From NCBI GenBank assembly GCA_013239625.1, contig MU054049.1:757015-821014 (forward strand): a stretch of 64,000 bases of DNA, given 5' to 3'. Shown one piece after another: positions 36,231-48,652 of this stretch (within the stretch, counting starts at the first letter, position 1; each line of letters begins with the position of its first letter). The notes under the pieces are model-generated. The model was not told the DNA's origin. It saw only the letters and a list, made by a program, of their open reading frames with translations, and did no database searches. The DNA comes from Lama guanicoe. Taxonomy: Eukaryota. Both the position numbers and the translations under genes were made by a program.

Positions 36231-36806
36231 GGGTTTCTGTTATTTAAGCCCCAAGGAGCTGGCCCCATCAGACCCTCTCCCTAGTTTCTGCACAGCATCC
36301 CCTCCTCTGGAGGCGTCAGGTCTGAGCACCATTGCCCAGAACTCCCCACCCCCACCCCCAGCACCCCTTGAGCTGCTTCCCTGGGATCATCCTGGCAGGT
36401 GGATCTGGACAGCAGGGCCTCTGCTGCATTGCATGCTGTGACATGCTGATGGCTCCCTGGCAGGGGAAAGGGACCAGCTCTCCTCCCTCAGAGCCTCTAA
36501 GAGCCCGTGAGCGCTTCTGCCCTGCAGATGCCGCTGACCAGCACTCTGCCCGGGTGGTACTGTCCTGTCGCTCCCCTGCCCCTTCCTTTTGCTCTCTCCC
36601 CTCTGTCCTAGGGGAAGCTCCTCTCCTCTCTCTGGCGGGTATCAAGGGAATTGTTGCAGTGGTCACTGGGAGGGGCTGTCATGGACTTCAGAGGAACAAC
36701 TCTGAGTCCAAAGGTAATCACACTTGCAATTCTTAGACCATTGGTCCTAATTTCTGATTGGAATGCATGGTGCCCACAACCCACAGTTGTGGCATTGTAT
36801 CTGTGA

Positions 36807-36809
<3 letters not shown>

Positions 36810-36844
<35 letters not shown>
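36810..36844. repeat. (TG)17 microsatellite
   Basis: Perfect TG run. Confidence 0.95.
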
Positions 36845-36846
<2 letters not shown>

Positions 36847-37177
36847 TTGTATATGTCTAAACTCCTCTCATTGCACTAGAGTTTGTAGTTCCCTAAGCCT
36901 GGCCGACCCTCTGCTCATGCTGTCCCACTAATGTGGACCTTTCTTCCATCCCTTTCCTACTCAACGCCTGGCTTTGGCTGCATGGTGAGCTCCTATTCAT
37001 CCTTCAAGACCCACCTCCACAGAACCTTCCTTCTGATCTTGTCTAAATAGTCATTTCCTCCTTGAGTAAGGTACGTGGTCCATGGCTGGTAATGTGGCTC
37101 CCATTATCATGCCAGGAAGGTAGGTAATGGATATCAGACATGGCTGTCAAACATCACAGGCTACTTAGGATTTTTCC

Positions 37178-37575
37178 ATTTTTTTTTAACTGAAGTATAG
37201 TTGATTTACAATGTTATATTAGTTTCCAGTATATAACACAGTGATTCAATATCCTTATAGATTATACTCCATTTAAAGTTATTACAAAATAATGGCTCTA
37301 TGTCCCATGTGCTATACAATATATCCTTGTTGCTTATTTATTTTATACTAAGTAGTTTGTGTCTCTTAATCTTTTTTTTTAAATGGAAGAATAGTCGATT
37401 TCCAATGTGTTTATTTCTGGTGTACAGCATAGTGGCTCAGTTACATGTATGTGTGTGTATATATATATATATTCCTTTTCATACTCTTTTTCATTATAGG
37501 TTATTACAAGGATGCCCTGTGCTATACAGTAGGACCTTGTTTATCTGTTTTATGTACAGTAGTTAGTATCTACAA
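37178..37575 (-). mobile_element. Two adjacent L1 3' end fragments (junction ~37371)
   Basis: Two T-tails, followed by aagtatagttgatttacaatg and aagaatagtcgatttccaatg respectively, each leading to ...tgtgctatac. Confidence 0.8.
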
Positions 37576-39048
37576 ATGTTAGATATGTTTGGACGGCATG
37601 GTGCAGCTCTCCATCCAAGAAAGCGCCACCCTTGAAGCTCCCTGTGCCCTGAATCTGTGGCTGGGCTTCACTTGTTTTTTGCATTTACCCACCTTTCTGC
37701 GGGTCCTGGTCCCCACACATGTTGATGTGAACCAGAGGAAAGTGCACTTCCTGCCTTTATTTCTTTGGCTGTTTTCTATCTCTGTAAATTAACTGAAGAC
37801 TCCCTCTCTGTTGGACACTTGGATTCTTTCCAGTGTTAGTTATTTAATTAAAGAGACAACGGGGTCCAGTTGAAGAACTGCAGGCTTGGGTTGGGATCAC
37901 TGCCAGTTCTGGGAACTCTTGGTGCCTCAGTCTGCCCATCAGCAAGCTGGGCCCATGTGGGATGACAATTCCTGACTCTGCAGGGTGAGCTGGGGCGGGG
38001 GGAAGAGGTGGAGACTCTCTGCAGCCTGGCAGAGAGCTGGGCACGAATGAGGTACCCAGTAACTGGTTACCATGAAAATGGTGATGCTGATCATGAAAAT
38101 GGTACAATGGATGTCTCCATGCAGAACTGTTTCCTGAACATGGGTTCTGAGGGTGAGCTCAGGGGGCAGAAGGCATGAACTTTTCTATGACTTTCAGCTC
38201 CTTAGGTGCCATTACACACTTCCTTCTGAAAATGGTGTGTGGCTATATTACAGCACACAATTACACTAGTGTGCCACTTTGTCCATAGCCCTCAGCATGA
38301 AATGTCATAATCCGAATACAGCCACTCCATAATTTAGGATGAATTAAAGATACTTAGGTATCGTCCTAGCTCACTCTATTTTTGGATTCCTAATCAGGTG
38401 GAATGCCTCTGCGTGGGCTTCTGCTAATTGTATGAAGCATCCGCTTGCTCCCTTTGCCCATCTAACTGATTGCCCCTGGTGGGAAGGGCTGGCTAGGATG
38501 GGCAGCAGCTGGAATCCCTGCAGGTCCATGAGTCACTTGAATCCTCCTCCCCTCCCCTGTGATCCTCAGTCTGACTCCGGAACTCTTCCCGCAGCCCCTG
38601 AAAGGCCCTTCTTTCATTTCCAGGTGCCCATGGTACTGTGCCTGGCATCTGCACTGCTTAATCCCCAGAGCTCTGCAGCCTTCTCTGAAGGGAGCCCTGC
38701 CTGGGTGAGGCTCGGCTGAGTGGCTCGCAGGGAGGTGGGGGCCATGTCCCATGGGACCCGCTGCATCAGGAGGGGCCTTTCTGCTCCTAGGGCTGTACCT
38801 GCACACCCCTCATCCCTCCTTTCATCTCAGGCTGCCAAGGAGCTGGAGCAGGGCTGGATTCAACAGACACTGATCCCTTTCCCGGACCTGGGGACTTGCA
38901 GACAAGGGTTACCATGACCCCAGTATTCTGGTGGAGTCTGACAGAGGACCAGGGGGGAGAGGGCACAGGTGCGTCCCCTTAGTTACTGAGTTTTCTGGGT
39001 CTCAGTTTCCTCATCTCTAAAATTCCATTAATTAAGAATGGATGGTAA

Positions 39049-39440
39049 CCTGGAGATTGTCATTCTAAGTGAAGTAAGCCAGAAAGAGAAAGAAAAATAC
39101 CTTATGATATCATTCATATGTGGAATCTAAAAAAAGATACAAGTGAACTTATTTACAAAACAGGAACAGACTCACAGATATAGAAAATAAACTTATGGTT
39201 ACCAGGGGGTGGGAAGGGATAAATTGGGAGTTTGAGATGCTAACTACTGTATATAAAATAGATAAACAGCAAGGTCCTACTGTAGAGCACAGGGAACTAT
39301 ATTCAGTATCTTGTAGTGACCTACGATGAAAAAGGATGTGAAAAGGAATATATGTATGTATATGTATGACTGAAACATGATGCTGTACACCAGAAATTGA
39401 CACATTATAAATGGACTATACTTCAAAAATTAAAAAAAAA
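39049..39440 (+). mobile_element. 5'-truncated young L1 3' end with perfect 15-bp TSD
   Basis: TSD AAGAATGGATGGTAA at 39034-39048 and 39441-39455; TT|AA target; poly(A) tail. Confidence 0.92.
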
Positions 39441-41560
39441 AAGAATGGATGGTAAAATTCAGTCTAGGCTTCTATCTTTTTAGTAACTTGAGATTTCTAA
39501 CATGAGCCTGGGCAGAAGCTGGGCTCCTGGGGAGGCGAGGAAAGGCCAGCTCCCAGGCCCCTCAGTTCACCAGGGAGGCAATTCCTGCGGATGGTACTCA
39601 AGCTGCCAAGCCAGCCTGGCTTTTCCGCCGGCTGATCAATCACACAGATATTACTTATAAGGCCTAGAGAGCATCTTGAAAGGGAAATAACCGTTGTTAT
39701 GATTTATTAATAACTTCTGTTCCTGTCCTCAGCATTTCCTTGAATCAAGCTACTCAGTTCTGTAAACATTTAAGCCAAGGTTTCAAGTCAAACAGCTCTG
39801 ACATTCTAAGGCTCCGGAACCAAGGGGAGTTTCTGGAGCTTCTGGCCAGGGAGCAGATCAGCTTGTGACCAGGGAAGGAGGAGGGTGCCCTTCTCCCTCC
39901 TCAAAGCCGGGCTCCTCTGCTCACAGGCAAAATCATTCATTCACTCACTCATTCATTCATGCCTTCCAGGTACTCCAGGAACTCCTCCAGGTACGGAGCA
40001 GAACCCCGAGTTGTCCGTGTTCCCCTGGAGCCCCCAGGCTGGCAGGGGAAACAAGTCACAAGGAACACCCACCCAGAGATGAAACAGCCACAGGCCATGT
40101 GGACAGGCAAAGGCTGTACCCATCTCAAGGAAGGTGCAGACCTTTCTGCCATAGACATCTGCAGAGCTGCCCGGAGGAGGGAGCACCTGGGCTGAGCCCT
40201 GGAGGATAAGCTGAACTGGGGTCATCTCAGGGGAGGTGGGGCTCAGATTCGGGAGGAAGGAATGGAAGTGCTACCTCTTGGCTCAAATCAGTGCCTGTGC
40301 TAGGCTGATGCTGTCACCTATTTTAATGATAAGCATCTCTTGAGAGGGTGGGCTGTACTCCTAGCCTCTCCTTTCTCACCCTTGCCCCCAGTTTCCTGCC
40401 AACCCCTTGCATTTGGAGATTTTTTCCCTTCCTGAACCTGCTCTGATCAATTCCAACAATCTGGTTCTGGTTCTCAGCCTCTGAGACCCCTTGGTACTCA
40501 GGCAATATTGATCACCGTCTTCTTGAATCTTTTTCTCCCGCTCTGCAGAGCCCAACTGTCTAATCTACAAGCCCTTTCTGCCTGTGACTCCCTCTGTTCT
40601 CCCTGCTGCCCCAGCTGCCCTCCATTCCATCATGAGTCCAGGTGTTTATTTCTGCCCGGATCTTATTCCAGGACTTCCAGCTCACATGTTAAATCATCTG
40701 CGAGACATCTCCATGGGGATGCTTCACGGTCACCAACACCCATGTTCAAATTCAAGGTCTACTCACCTCTCCCAAACCTGTTCCCCCTCCCGCTCCTCAT
40801 CCAGGGTTCATGAGTGGGACTGGCCTGTCTCGATTGCTTGGAGTTGTTCTGACAAATCCCACTCCCTTCAAGCCCCACAGTCAATTCGTGTCCAAATTCT
40901 GAAGCAAATCAAATTCTTATCATCCTTTGCCTGGACTCCCTCCTCTTGCCCCCTGTCCTCTGCAGGAGTCTCCAAAAGAGATGTAGCTGCTAAGAAAACC
41001 TTTCTAAACATGAATATAATCCTTTTATTCTTTTTCTCAAAAGTAGTTATGGTATTTACCACCATGTGCAGAGTAAAATCCAACCCCAGCCCAGCAGTCA
41101 TGATGGTGTCTCCCCAGCTTACCACACACGCCCCCTCTGCCCCAGGCTAATAGCTATCGAAGGCGTCTGCATCCCCCACCTGGGGATCTTAGAAAATCTG
41201 GTGTCTGGATCTGCTGAATGACAACTTTGGGGGGAAGGACCTGGAATCCGGATTTTGAAGCAGCCCAGGTGATTTTGGTAATTGCTGCCCTGGGCTCCAG
41301 TCACACCAGACAACTTCCCATCGTAATGCCCTTTTGTCCATCCTCACTGTCAAAGTCCTACTTGCCATTCCAGGTTTGGGTCCACCTTCACCTCCTCCAT
41401 GTAGCAGAGTCAGTCCACTAAAATCAGTCTCTTTCTTTTCACTTCGATTTCACCTTGAAAATGCTATGAATAACAGTCTGGCATATAATAGCGTTGTTTG
41501 TGCTGTGCCTGGATCTTCCTCTCCCCAAAACAGAGAACCCCACTCTCTCCTGGGAAACTC

Positions 41561-41816
41561 CGTGCGTATGAGTGTGCGTGTGTTTTCTAGTGTGTAAGAG
41601 AGTGTATACGTGCATGAGTGTGCAAGTGCGTGTACGTGCATGCATGTGTGTTTGCAAGCATGTACGACTGTGAATGTGTGAGCGTGTGTGCATGCATGCG
41701 TGCGTGACTATGAGTGTATGTTTGTAAGTACATTTGAGAGTGTGGACGCATGTCTGTGTGTGAGTGGGTGCACGAGTGTGAGTGTGTTTGCAAGCGTGTG
41801 CAGTGTGAGTGCACGC
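41561..41816. repeat. Degenerate (TG/CA/CG)n alternating purine-pyrimidine tract
   Basis: gtgtgcgtgtg...gcatgcatgtgtg...gtgtgcatgcatgcgtgcgtg. Confidence 0.85.
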
Positions 41817-44600
41817 CTGCATCTGCACACCTGTTTGGAGGAATCCTAAATTCAGAATCTGGGGTCTTGGTCCAGGCAGTCGGTCCTAAGTGGGGAGGCC
41901 CTGCAGACTCATCCGGCATCCCTGGAGGCCTGAGATCCTCATTCGGAAGCCAGGCTGGTGGGAAACTGGGGAAACTGACGGGACGAGCCAGGGGAGGAGA
42001 GGCAGAGAGCAGGAGGCTGTGGGTCTCTGGGAGGGTGGGAAGCAGGGCCACCCTGTGGGGCATTTAGGAGGACAGGCTGGTAACTGCCAGTATGGGGAGG
42101 AGGAGGGATGGGGCACAGGCCAGTGGTCAAGGAGGGAGGGGCAGGATGGAGCTGGCAGTGACCCAACCCGCACATGTTGGGTTTCCGCCGTCTGTCTGAC
42201 ACCCACGAGGATGTGTCCAGGAGGAAGTGGGATGTGGGCTCCAGTGTGTGGGAGAGGGATCCAGGCTCAGGAGAGAGGGGGCTGCAGATCAGCGCCCAGT
42301 CAAAAGACACTGCACTAGCCGCTGGCTTGTTTATTTACCCCTTATAACAAGTGTTACTGTTTTGGTTTACAGCTGTGCAAGCTGAGGTTTAGAGAGCCAA
42401 GTCAGCCGCAAGGCTGCACCGTGAGCCAATCCGAATTCTCCCTCCTACAGAGCCTGTGCACTAAGGCCCTTGTGAAACTGCCAGAGCATCCACGCACGAG
42501 GTCTCCTGGGAGGCCTCTAGAGTGTGGGAAGGAAGGGACTGGGGCTGGAACCTCGAAGCCCTCTAACTCTGCGTGGAGGACAGGAGGAGGCAGAGCAGCC
42601 TGTGAACCAGGCTGGGAGGAGCGGTGAACCACCAGGGAGAGCGTTCTCAGGGACCCAGAGAGGGTTGCAAGAAAAGGGTAAAGCCTGCCAGAGGCAGAAA
42701 AAGGGTTAATGTCTATGGGGTCACGGGGGTGGGGGGTGGGCAGGGAGAGGGTCAAGGGGTGAGTGAGGAGAGGGGCACACAGTCAAGAGTGTGGAGAACT
42801 CTTCCAGGGTAGGTCCCCATAAAGGAGGGGAGGGAGGGAGGAGGGTCTCTGGAGAGGGCCGTGGGATGGAGGGCAGGTTGCCCCTTATTAAGACAGAGGG
42901 ATCTGAGCCTACTTAAAAGTGGACAAGTAGGGGGCCTTTTGCCCAGGAGGGATTGAGGGTATGAGCGGGGGTGGGTGGGAGATGAGACAGAGTGAGAGCT
43001 GAAGGGTCCATGAGGTGACAGATGTGGAACTTGGGCGGGGGTTAGCCTGGGATAGCAAGATGCCATCATGGGCTGTGGCAGGTGTCAGGGGGCAGGGATG
43101 GACATGGACGGGGTCCTGCAATGGTGATGAGGCCTTCCCCCTGCTCTGGGGCACCTAGTCCCACGGGGACCTCCCTCTTGGGGGAGTCATAGAGCCTACC
43201 TATGTCACCTGGTCCCCTTTGCTCAGGGCCCTGTCTGCCGCCCCGCCCAATTCCTCTGTGCTGCGGCAGCTCGGAGCTGCGGCTGTGCCATGGGGCCTGT
43301 AAAACCTCCAGTGCCCTGGCGCTGACCCGGCTGGTTGTTCTGAGACCTGGAGAGAGAAGATGTGGGGCCGTGAGCTTTCTCAGCCACTGGGTGTTAGGAG
43401 ACTCAGTCCTCACTGCATTAGCACTGGGCTGGCTTCCCTAGAAAAGCTGGCCTGGGAGGGGCCAAAACAGGGGAAAGAAGAGGCCAGATGCTCGGACAGG
43501 GCGAGAGTGGGGTGGGTGGCAGTGGAAGGGCCGGACATGCCTGAGTGCCTGAAGGGCCAGCGCTGGGGGTGGGGGCCTGGCAGCTGACCTGAGTAATTTC
43601 ACTTGTTCCTCAGAATAACCCTGATTTCTTGGATGTTCTGACTGACACTCAGAAGAGGGGAGCAGCTCACTCGTGGCCACACAGTGTTGTTAGGTGGCAG
43701 AGCGAGGATTGAAAACCCAGTCAGTGCTGGTCACTGTGGATGCTACAGTCCTTCCCCAGCAGAACTGAGCCTGAGTAGGGCCCCACGTGCTTCAGATCAG
43801 AGGTACCAGGGAGGAAGGAGAAAAGTAGCCTGAACAGGCATGTGCCCAAGAGTCCAAGGGATGACAGAGGCTGCCAGGGATGAAAACACCAGCCAAGTTC
43901 AACTCAGGAGGTCAGAACCCTGGGTGGAGGAAATGGAATTCAAGGACCCAAAGGTTCACTCATTATTAGAGAAGGACAAAGGGCCGTGCAGCATCAAGGC
44001 GTTGCTAGGGCAACACGAGGTGCAAGGCCAGCCGTGATTCATGCCCTTTTCCTATCAAGGAAGGGGATCTTTTGTTTCTCAGTCGAGGAAATTAAAGACG
44101 TGAACAGATGAAATACAGAAGAGAAAATGCAAACCGCCAATGAAGATGGGTGGAGATGCTGGATTTCAACAGTAATCAGAGGGAAATGCAGATTAGAACC
44201 ATTATGTGATGCAGCATTTTCAGCAGGTATATTTTTCAAGTTTGATAATATCAGGTGCTGATATTAGGGCAGGCGGGCTGAATTTAATAAACTTGAAAAC
44301 ATGCCCACTCTACAACCCAGCAATTCCGTTTCTTGCCTCTCTCCTGCAGAGAGGACTGCAAGTGCCTAGGCAGTCACACACTAGGATGCCCTTGGAGCAC
44401 TCGGAGTGATCCGAAAAATGGAAAAACCCAAGTGCCCAACAATAGGAAAATCATCAAATAAACTGCCGTATTCACAAGTCAGAAAGGAGGAGATGAAGGT
44501 ATATGAGCTGACAGTTAGCTCCCCCTCTTAACAAACACTTCACAAGAGGTGTCTTCACTCTCTTCAAGTCCTCTCCTAGTCCCCTTTTTAAAACCATAGT

Positions 44601-44797
44601 AGAGCACAGGGAAATGTATACAAGATCTTGTGGTAGCTCATGGTGAAAGAGAACGCAACAATGAATATATGTATGTTCATGTATAACTGAAACATTGTGC
44701 TCTACACTGGAAATTGACACAACATTGGAAACTGACTATAACCCAATAAAATAAAAATTTTTAAAAAAGGACACACTAAATGAACAGCTAAAAAAAA
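44601..44797 (+). mobile_element. 5'-truncated L1 3' end with bipartite A-tail
   Basis: agagcacagggaaa...ctgactataacccaataaa, then an A-tract, 21 extra nt, and a second A-tract. Confidence 0.8.
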
Positions 44798-44939
44798 GCT
44801 GTAGTAAAATACACTTAACATAAGATTTACCATTTTAGCCATTTTGAAGTGCACACTTGAATGTGTCATTAAGTACATTCACATTGCCATATAACCATCA
44901 CCACCATCCATCTCCAGAATTTTTCATCACCCCCAATGC

Positions 44940-45925
44940 TTCCTGTTCTCTTTTGACCCCACCTAGTTAGCCTCCCCCTGTCTCTGTGCCACCCAGACTG
45001 CTCTAATCAAGGCCACTGATGTCCCTCATGTTGCTCAATCCAAGGATCAAGGTGGTCCATCCATTCCTTCTCCTTAGAACACCTGACCCCAGTTAAGTGG
45101 TCCATTTCTATCCCTGGGTCCAAGACTACTCCTTCCTGTCTCTCCCCATCTTCACTGGCCACCACTCTCAGTCTCCTCATCATCCCCACCTCTTAGAGTC
45201 CAGTGCCTAGGGCTAGTCCTTGGACCCCTTTTCTGTCCATACTTGCTGCTGCCTCAGTGATCTCCCACCTCATGGATTTAAACACCATCGATGTGTGGCA
45301 AGTGCCTGTGCAGAGCTCAGCCCTAACTCCAGACCCATGCGTCTATCACACTGTCCACCTGACACATCTCATGTCCAAAGCTCAACTCTTGGTCTTTCCC
45401 CGCCCCCAAACCTACTACCTGACAGTCTCCCCCATCAAGGTCAGCGGAAACTCTATCAGGCTTGCCTGTTCCCAGCCACCATCATTTCTCACCTGAATTA
45501 CTGCCACAGTCTCTTCTCCAGTCTGCCACCCTCCACTGCAGTTTCTTAACAGGGCAGCCAGGGAGAGTTTGTGAAGATGGGAGTTAGAGCATGCTGCTCC
45601 CTATGAGTCCTGCAGGACTCCCCTCTTGCTCAGAGTAAAAAGTAGGAGCCAGCACTACAGCCTACAAGGGTCCTCGGGACCGGGCCACATGGCCCCTCGG
45701 ACCTCCCTGTGCTTCCCTGCCCTTGGCCACACTGGCATCTGCTCTTTCTCAAACAGATCAGCCATGCACCTGCCGCCCGGCTCTGCACCCGCTGATCCTG
45801 GCCCTGCAGGGCTTCCGCTCAGCCCTTTCGTTCTTTACTCAAATGCCATTTTCTCAATGAGGACTTCCTGAGCACCCTTTGAAGATGCATCCCAACCCTC
45901 CCATCTACCCTTCTCTGCTTTTATT
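44940..45925 (+). mobile_element. L2 remnant
   Basis: ctgctctaatcaaggccactgatgtccctcatgttgctcaatcc...catggatttaaacaccatc...catgtccaaagctcaactc. Confidence 0.65.
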
Positions 45926-46679
45926 TTAACATTTACTTAAATCATATTATAGCAATGGAAGAGACCAAATTGCAGAACAAGACACAAAATATAAAACTAT
46001 TTTAAAGGGGGAAGAAAAACCCTCCCCCTTAAACAAAAGACATCCCAAGGTATATTCAAGGGGGACAGGCATTTGCATAGAAAGAACACGTCACAGCTGT
46101 AACAGGGATTGTGGTCATGAAGGGAAGACTGGGCTATAGTGTTGCGGTTTTATACAAGAAGGAACGCATGCATTGCTTATATAAATTAAAATAAAAACTT
46201 TAAAAGAAAGAGCTCTTTTGGAATGGAGCTAAATCCCCTTGGAAGATCTAAAATAGCAATGAAAATATCACGAGTTAGACAAATGTTTATGAGTATTTAT
46301 CTGCAAAAAGCACCACGCTAGGCTGTGGTCGGCAACACAGAGCGACCCCGAGCCTCTGTCTGCTTGGAGCTTTGAGGCCAAACAGATGATGCTTCGTGCA
46401 AGCGTGGCTCAGGTGCATCTGTAGATTTTCCATGGTCAGGGGGCAGTCCTCTGTAGGTGAGCCCCTCTGGTGGCCCTGGGTCTACTCCAGCCTGTCTGCT
46501 CCACCCCATCTCATGTGAGGAGGGAGCTCAGCGAGGGTGGGTCGGTCATTCACTCACCCAGCATTGCAACAAGAGTGCCTCGCAGCTGCTACAGCTTAGC
46601 AATTGCTGAGAACACATTAAAGCTACCTTACCTTAGTGGATCACCTTGGAGCTCCACCCAAATTCTCTTAATTCTTTTT

Positions 46680-47112
46680 TTCTGTTTATATGCCCCCTTA
46701 CTTCCAACAGATTACCCCAGTGATTTTTCAGGACTGCCGGCCCATTCTGGAAGACTGCCTTTGGGCTGTTGGAGCCATTTGGAGCCAGCAGTGGGAAAAC
46801 CAGAAGTGCCTAGGAATTTACATCCCTCCTTTACCCCCCAGCCCTTGGGCAAAGACTCCTGGGTATGGAAGCCTGAAAGCCCCTGCAGCCTTGTTTCTAG
46901 TTGGAAGCCACTCAGAGGGGGCAAAAGGTGTAATTCACACTTCAAATTTCCTCTGGGGCTCAGGTGAGATCCCCCCTTTTATTGGGCTTTGCACCCCAGC
47001 TTGGCTAGCCTCTTCCCTCTGTCTCTCACTGGGGTCCCTTGGGGGTACATCCGTAAGAAATTACCGCATGACAATCTCATCTCAGGGTCTACTTAGGAGA
47101 CCCGCATATAAC
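46680..47112 (+). mobile_element. LTR16-family (ERVL) old solo LTR
   Basis: ccagaagtgcctaggaatttacatccc...atctcatctcagggtctacttaggagacccgcatataaca. Confidence 0.55.
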
Positions 47113-47855
47113 ACACCTGTTCGTTTTTAGGGCCTTTTGACGAGGCCTTGGCAGCTGCTGGGGCGGCCGGCCCTGCGCTGCTCCCCAGGGCTCAGCGCTG
47201 TGCAGCCGGCTAGGGCTGTTTTTCCATCTGCAGCTCAGTAAATGCAGCCCCGAGAGCAGGGAGGAGTGGCTGCGCTTGGACTAAAACACAATTGATTTAT
47301 AAAAGTCAATGGGATTTGAAAGCTGGGCTGGGGAAATAGCAAGATGGCTCTCAGAGCTGAATTGATTTAAAGGGTAAGTATTGAAGTTGAAAGATTGATG
47401 GAGAAGAGAGAGGGGAGGTAATGGAAGAGGCACTCTGGAGAGGGCCCGACAAGACGGTTTCATAAAGTTAATGCAATTTGCAGCCAAGGGCGAGGGGGCC
47501 TCGCCAGGTTCCCGTGCTGTCCTGGGAGCGCTGTGTGAGCCTCAGATGATTTATAACAGCCTGGTTCCTGAGTGCCCCCTACCTTTAACATTTTTTAAAA
47601 ACTTGTTACTTAGCTTCTTTCTAGGCTCCTCTTGATCATCTGTTCTTTGCTAAGATACCCATCTGAGGGGTCCAGAGAGCCAGCCAGGCCCTCACTTTGG
47701 GGCCTGGAATATGGACAAGAAGGAAACCTACCCACCGTAAGTAAAAGGTATTAATTGTAATATAGCTCTGAGGGGGATCTAGAAAGTTTGGATTTTTTTT
47801 TTCATGATGATTGTTTTAATGCTTTAAAAACATCAATAGAAAAGATCAAAAAAAA

Positions 47856-47930
47856 TTTTTTTTTTACTAGAGATACTGGAGATTGAATCCAAGACTTCGT
47901 GTACGCTAAGCATGAGCTATACCCGCGCCT
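47856..47930 (-). mobile_element. Internally deleted Vic-1-like SINE
   Basis: T-tail, gagatactggagattgaatccaagac...gctaagcatgagctataccc; lacks the cgctctaccact segment present in the 17883-18066 copy. Confidence 0.7.
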
Positions 47931-48204
47931 GACAAAGATTACATTCCTAACGGTTATTTTTATTGGTTCTTCCTGGGTCTGCCTCCTGGCTCAGCTGGTG
48001 CTGGTCTTCAGCAAGGGGGTGCAGGAGGCAGGGTGACCCCCAAACTGCTTGACCTGCCCTTCCATGCAGTGTGCACCCCCAGGTCCAACTGGATCTAAGT
48101 TCATTCATCCATCCATGGAGCATATGGGGCTGCTAGGGCGTCCACCGGGAGACTGGGAGACCAGCGATGAGGCTGAATCCAGATGAAAGAATGGAGCGAG
48201 CCCT

Positions 48205-48652
48205 TAGAGGGGATCAGGTTCAGCCACCTCAAAATATGCCACTTTGACATATCGATTATTTTCAGCTGAAGGCAACTGAGAAACAGTACACAGGAGGAGC
48301 TCTCCTCCCTCCCCATTTCTGCCTAAAAGCAGGGCATCAATTTTCCTTTGTAAAGGTTCCTTGCCACTCCTGTACCAGGAAGGGGAGAGTGAGATTCTTA
48401 TCATTGGGAAGTGACTCAAGTCTGCATAATGAACCTTACTAAACACCTCTTATCTACCATACTTTTCCTAGTCACCATCCCGTAATTTACTGCCCCTGGG
48501 TTTAACTGCATCTTTTCTATGAAGCAGCCCCTCACTCATTTAAAACTGGAAAAATAATTATAAAGCCTTTTCTCCTGTTAATCTTTTATCAGTTTAATTA
48601 GCAGGTATCAGGTGCCGAACTTAAGAGGATAGAGAATTTTTCCTCCCCTACA
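48205..48652 (+). mobile_element. MER34-like ERV1 solo LTR
   Basis: gccacctcaaaatatgccactttgacata..gattattttcagctgaaggcaactgagaaaca ... ttttctcctgttaatct ... tttcctcccctaca. Confidence 0.75.

Noticed and set aside
40584..41150. 188-aa ORF
   Set aside because: Lies in L2-like decayed repeat sequence; no recognisable protein similarity.
41439..42063. His/Thr-rich ORFs
   Set aside because: Translation of the (CA)n-like tract.
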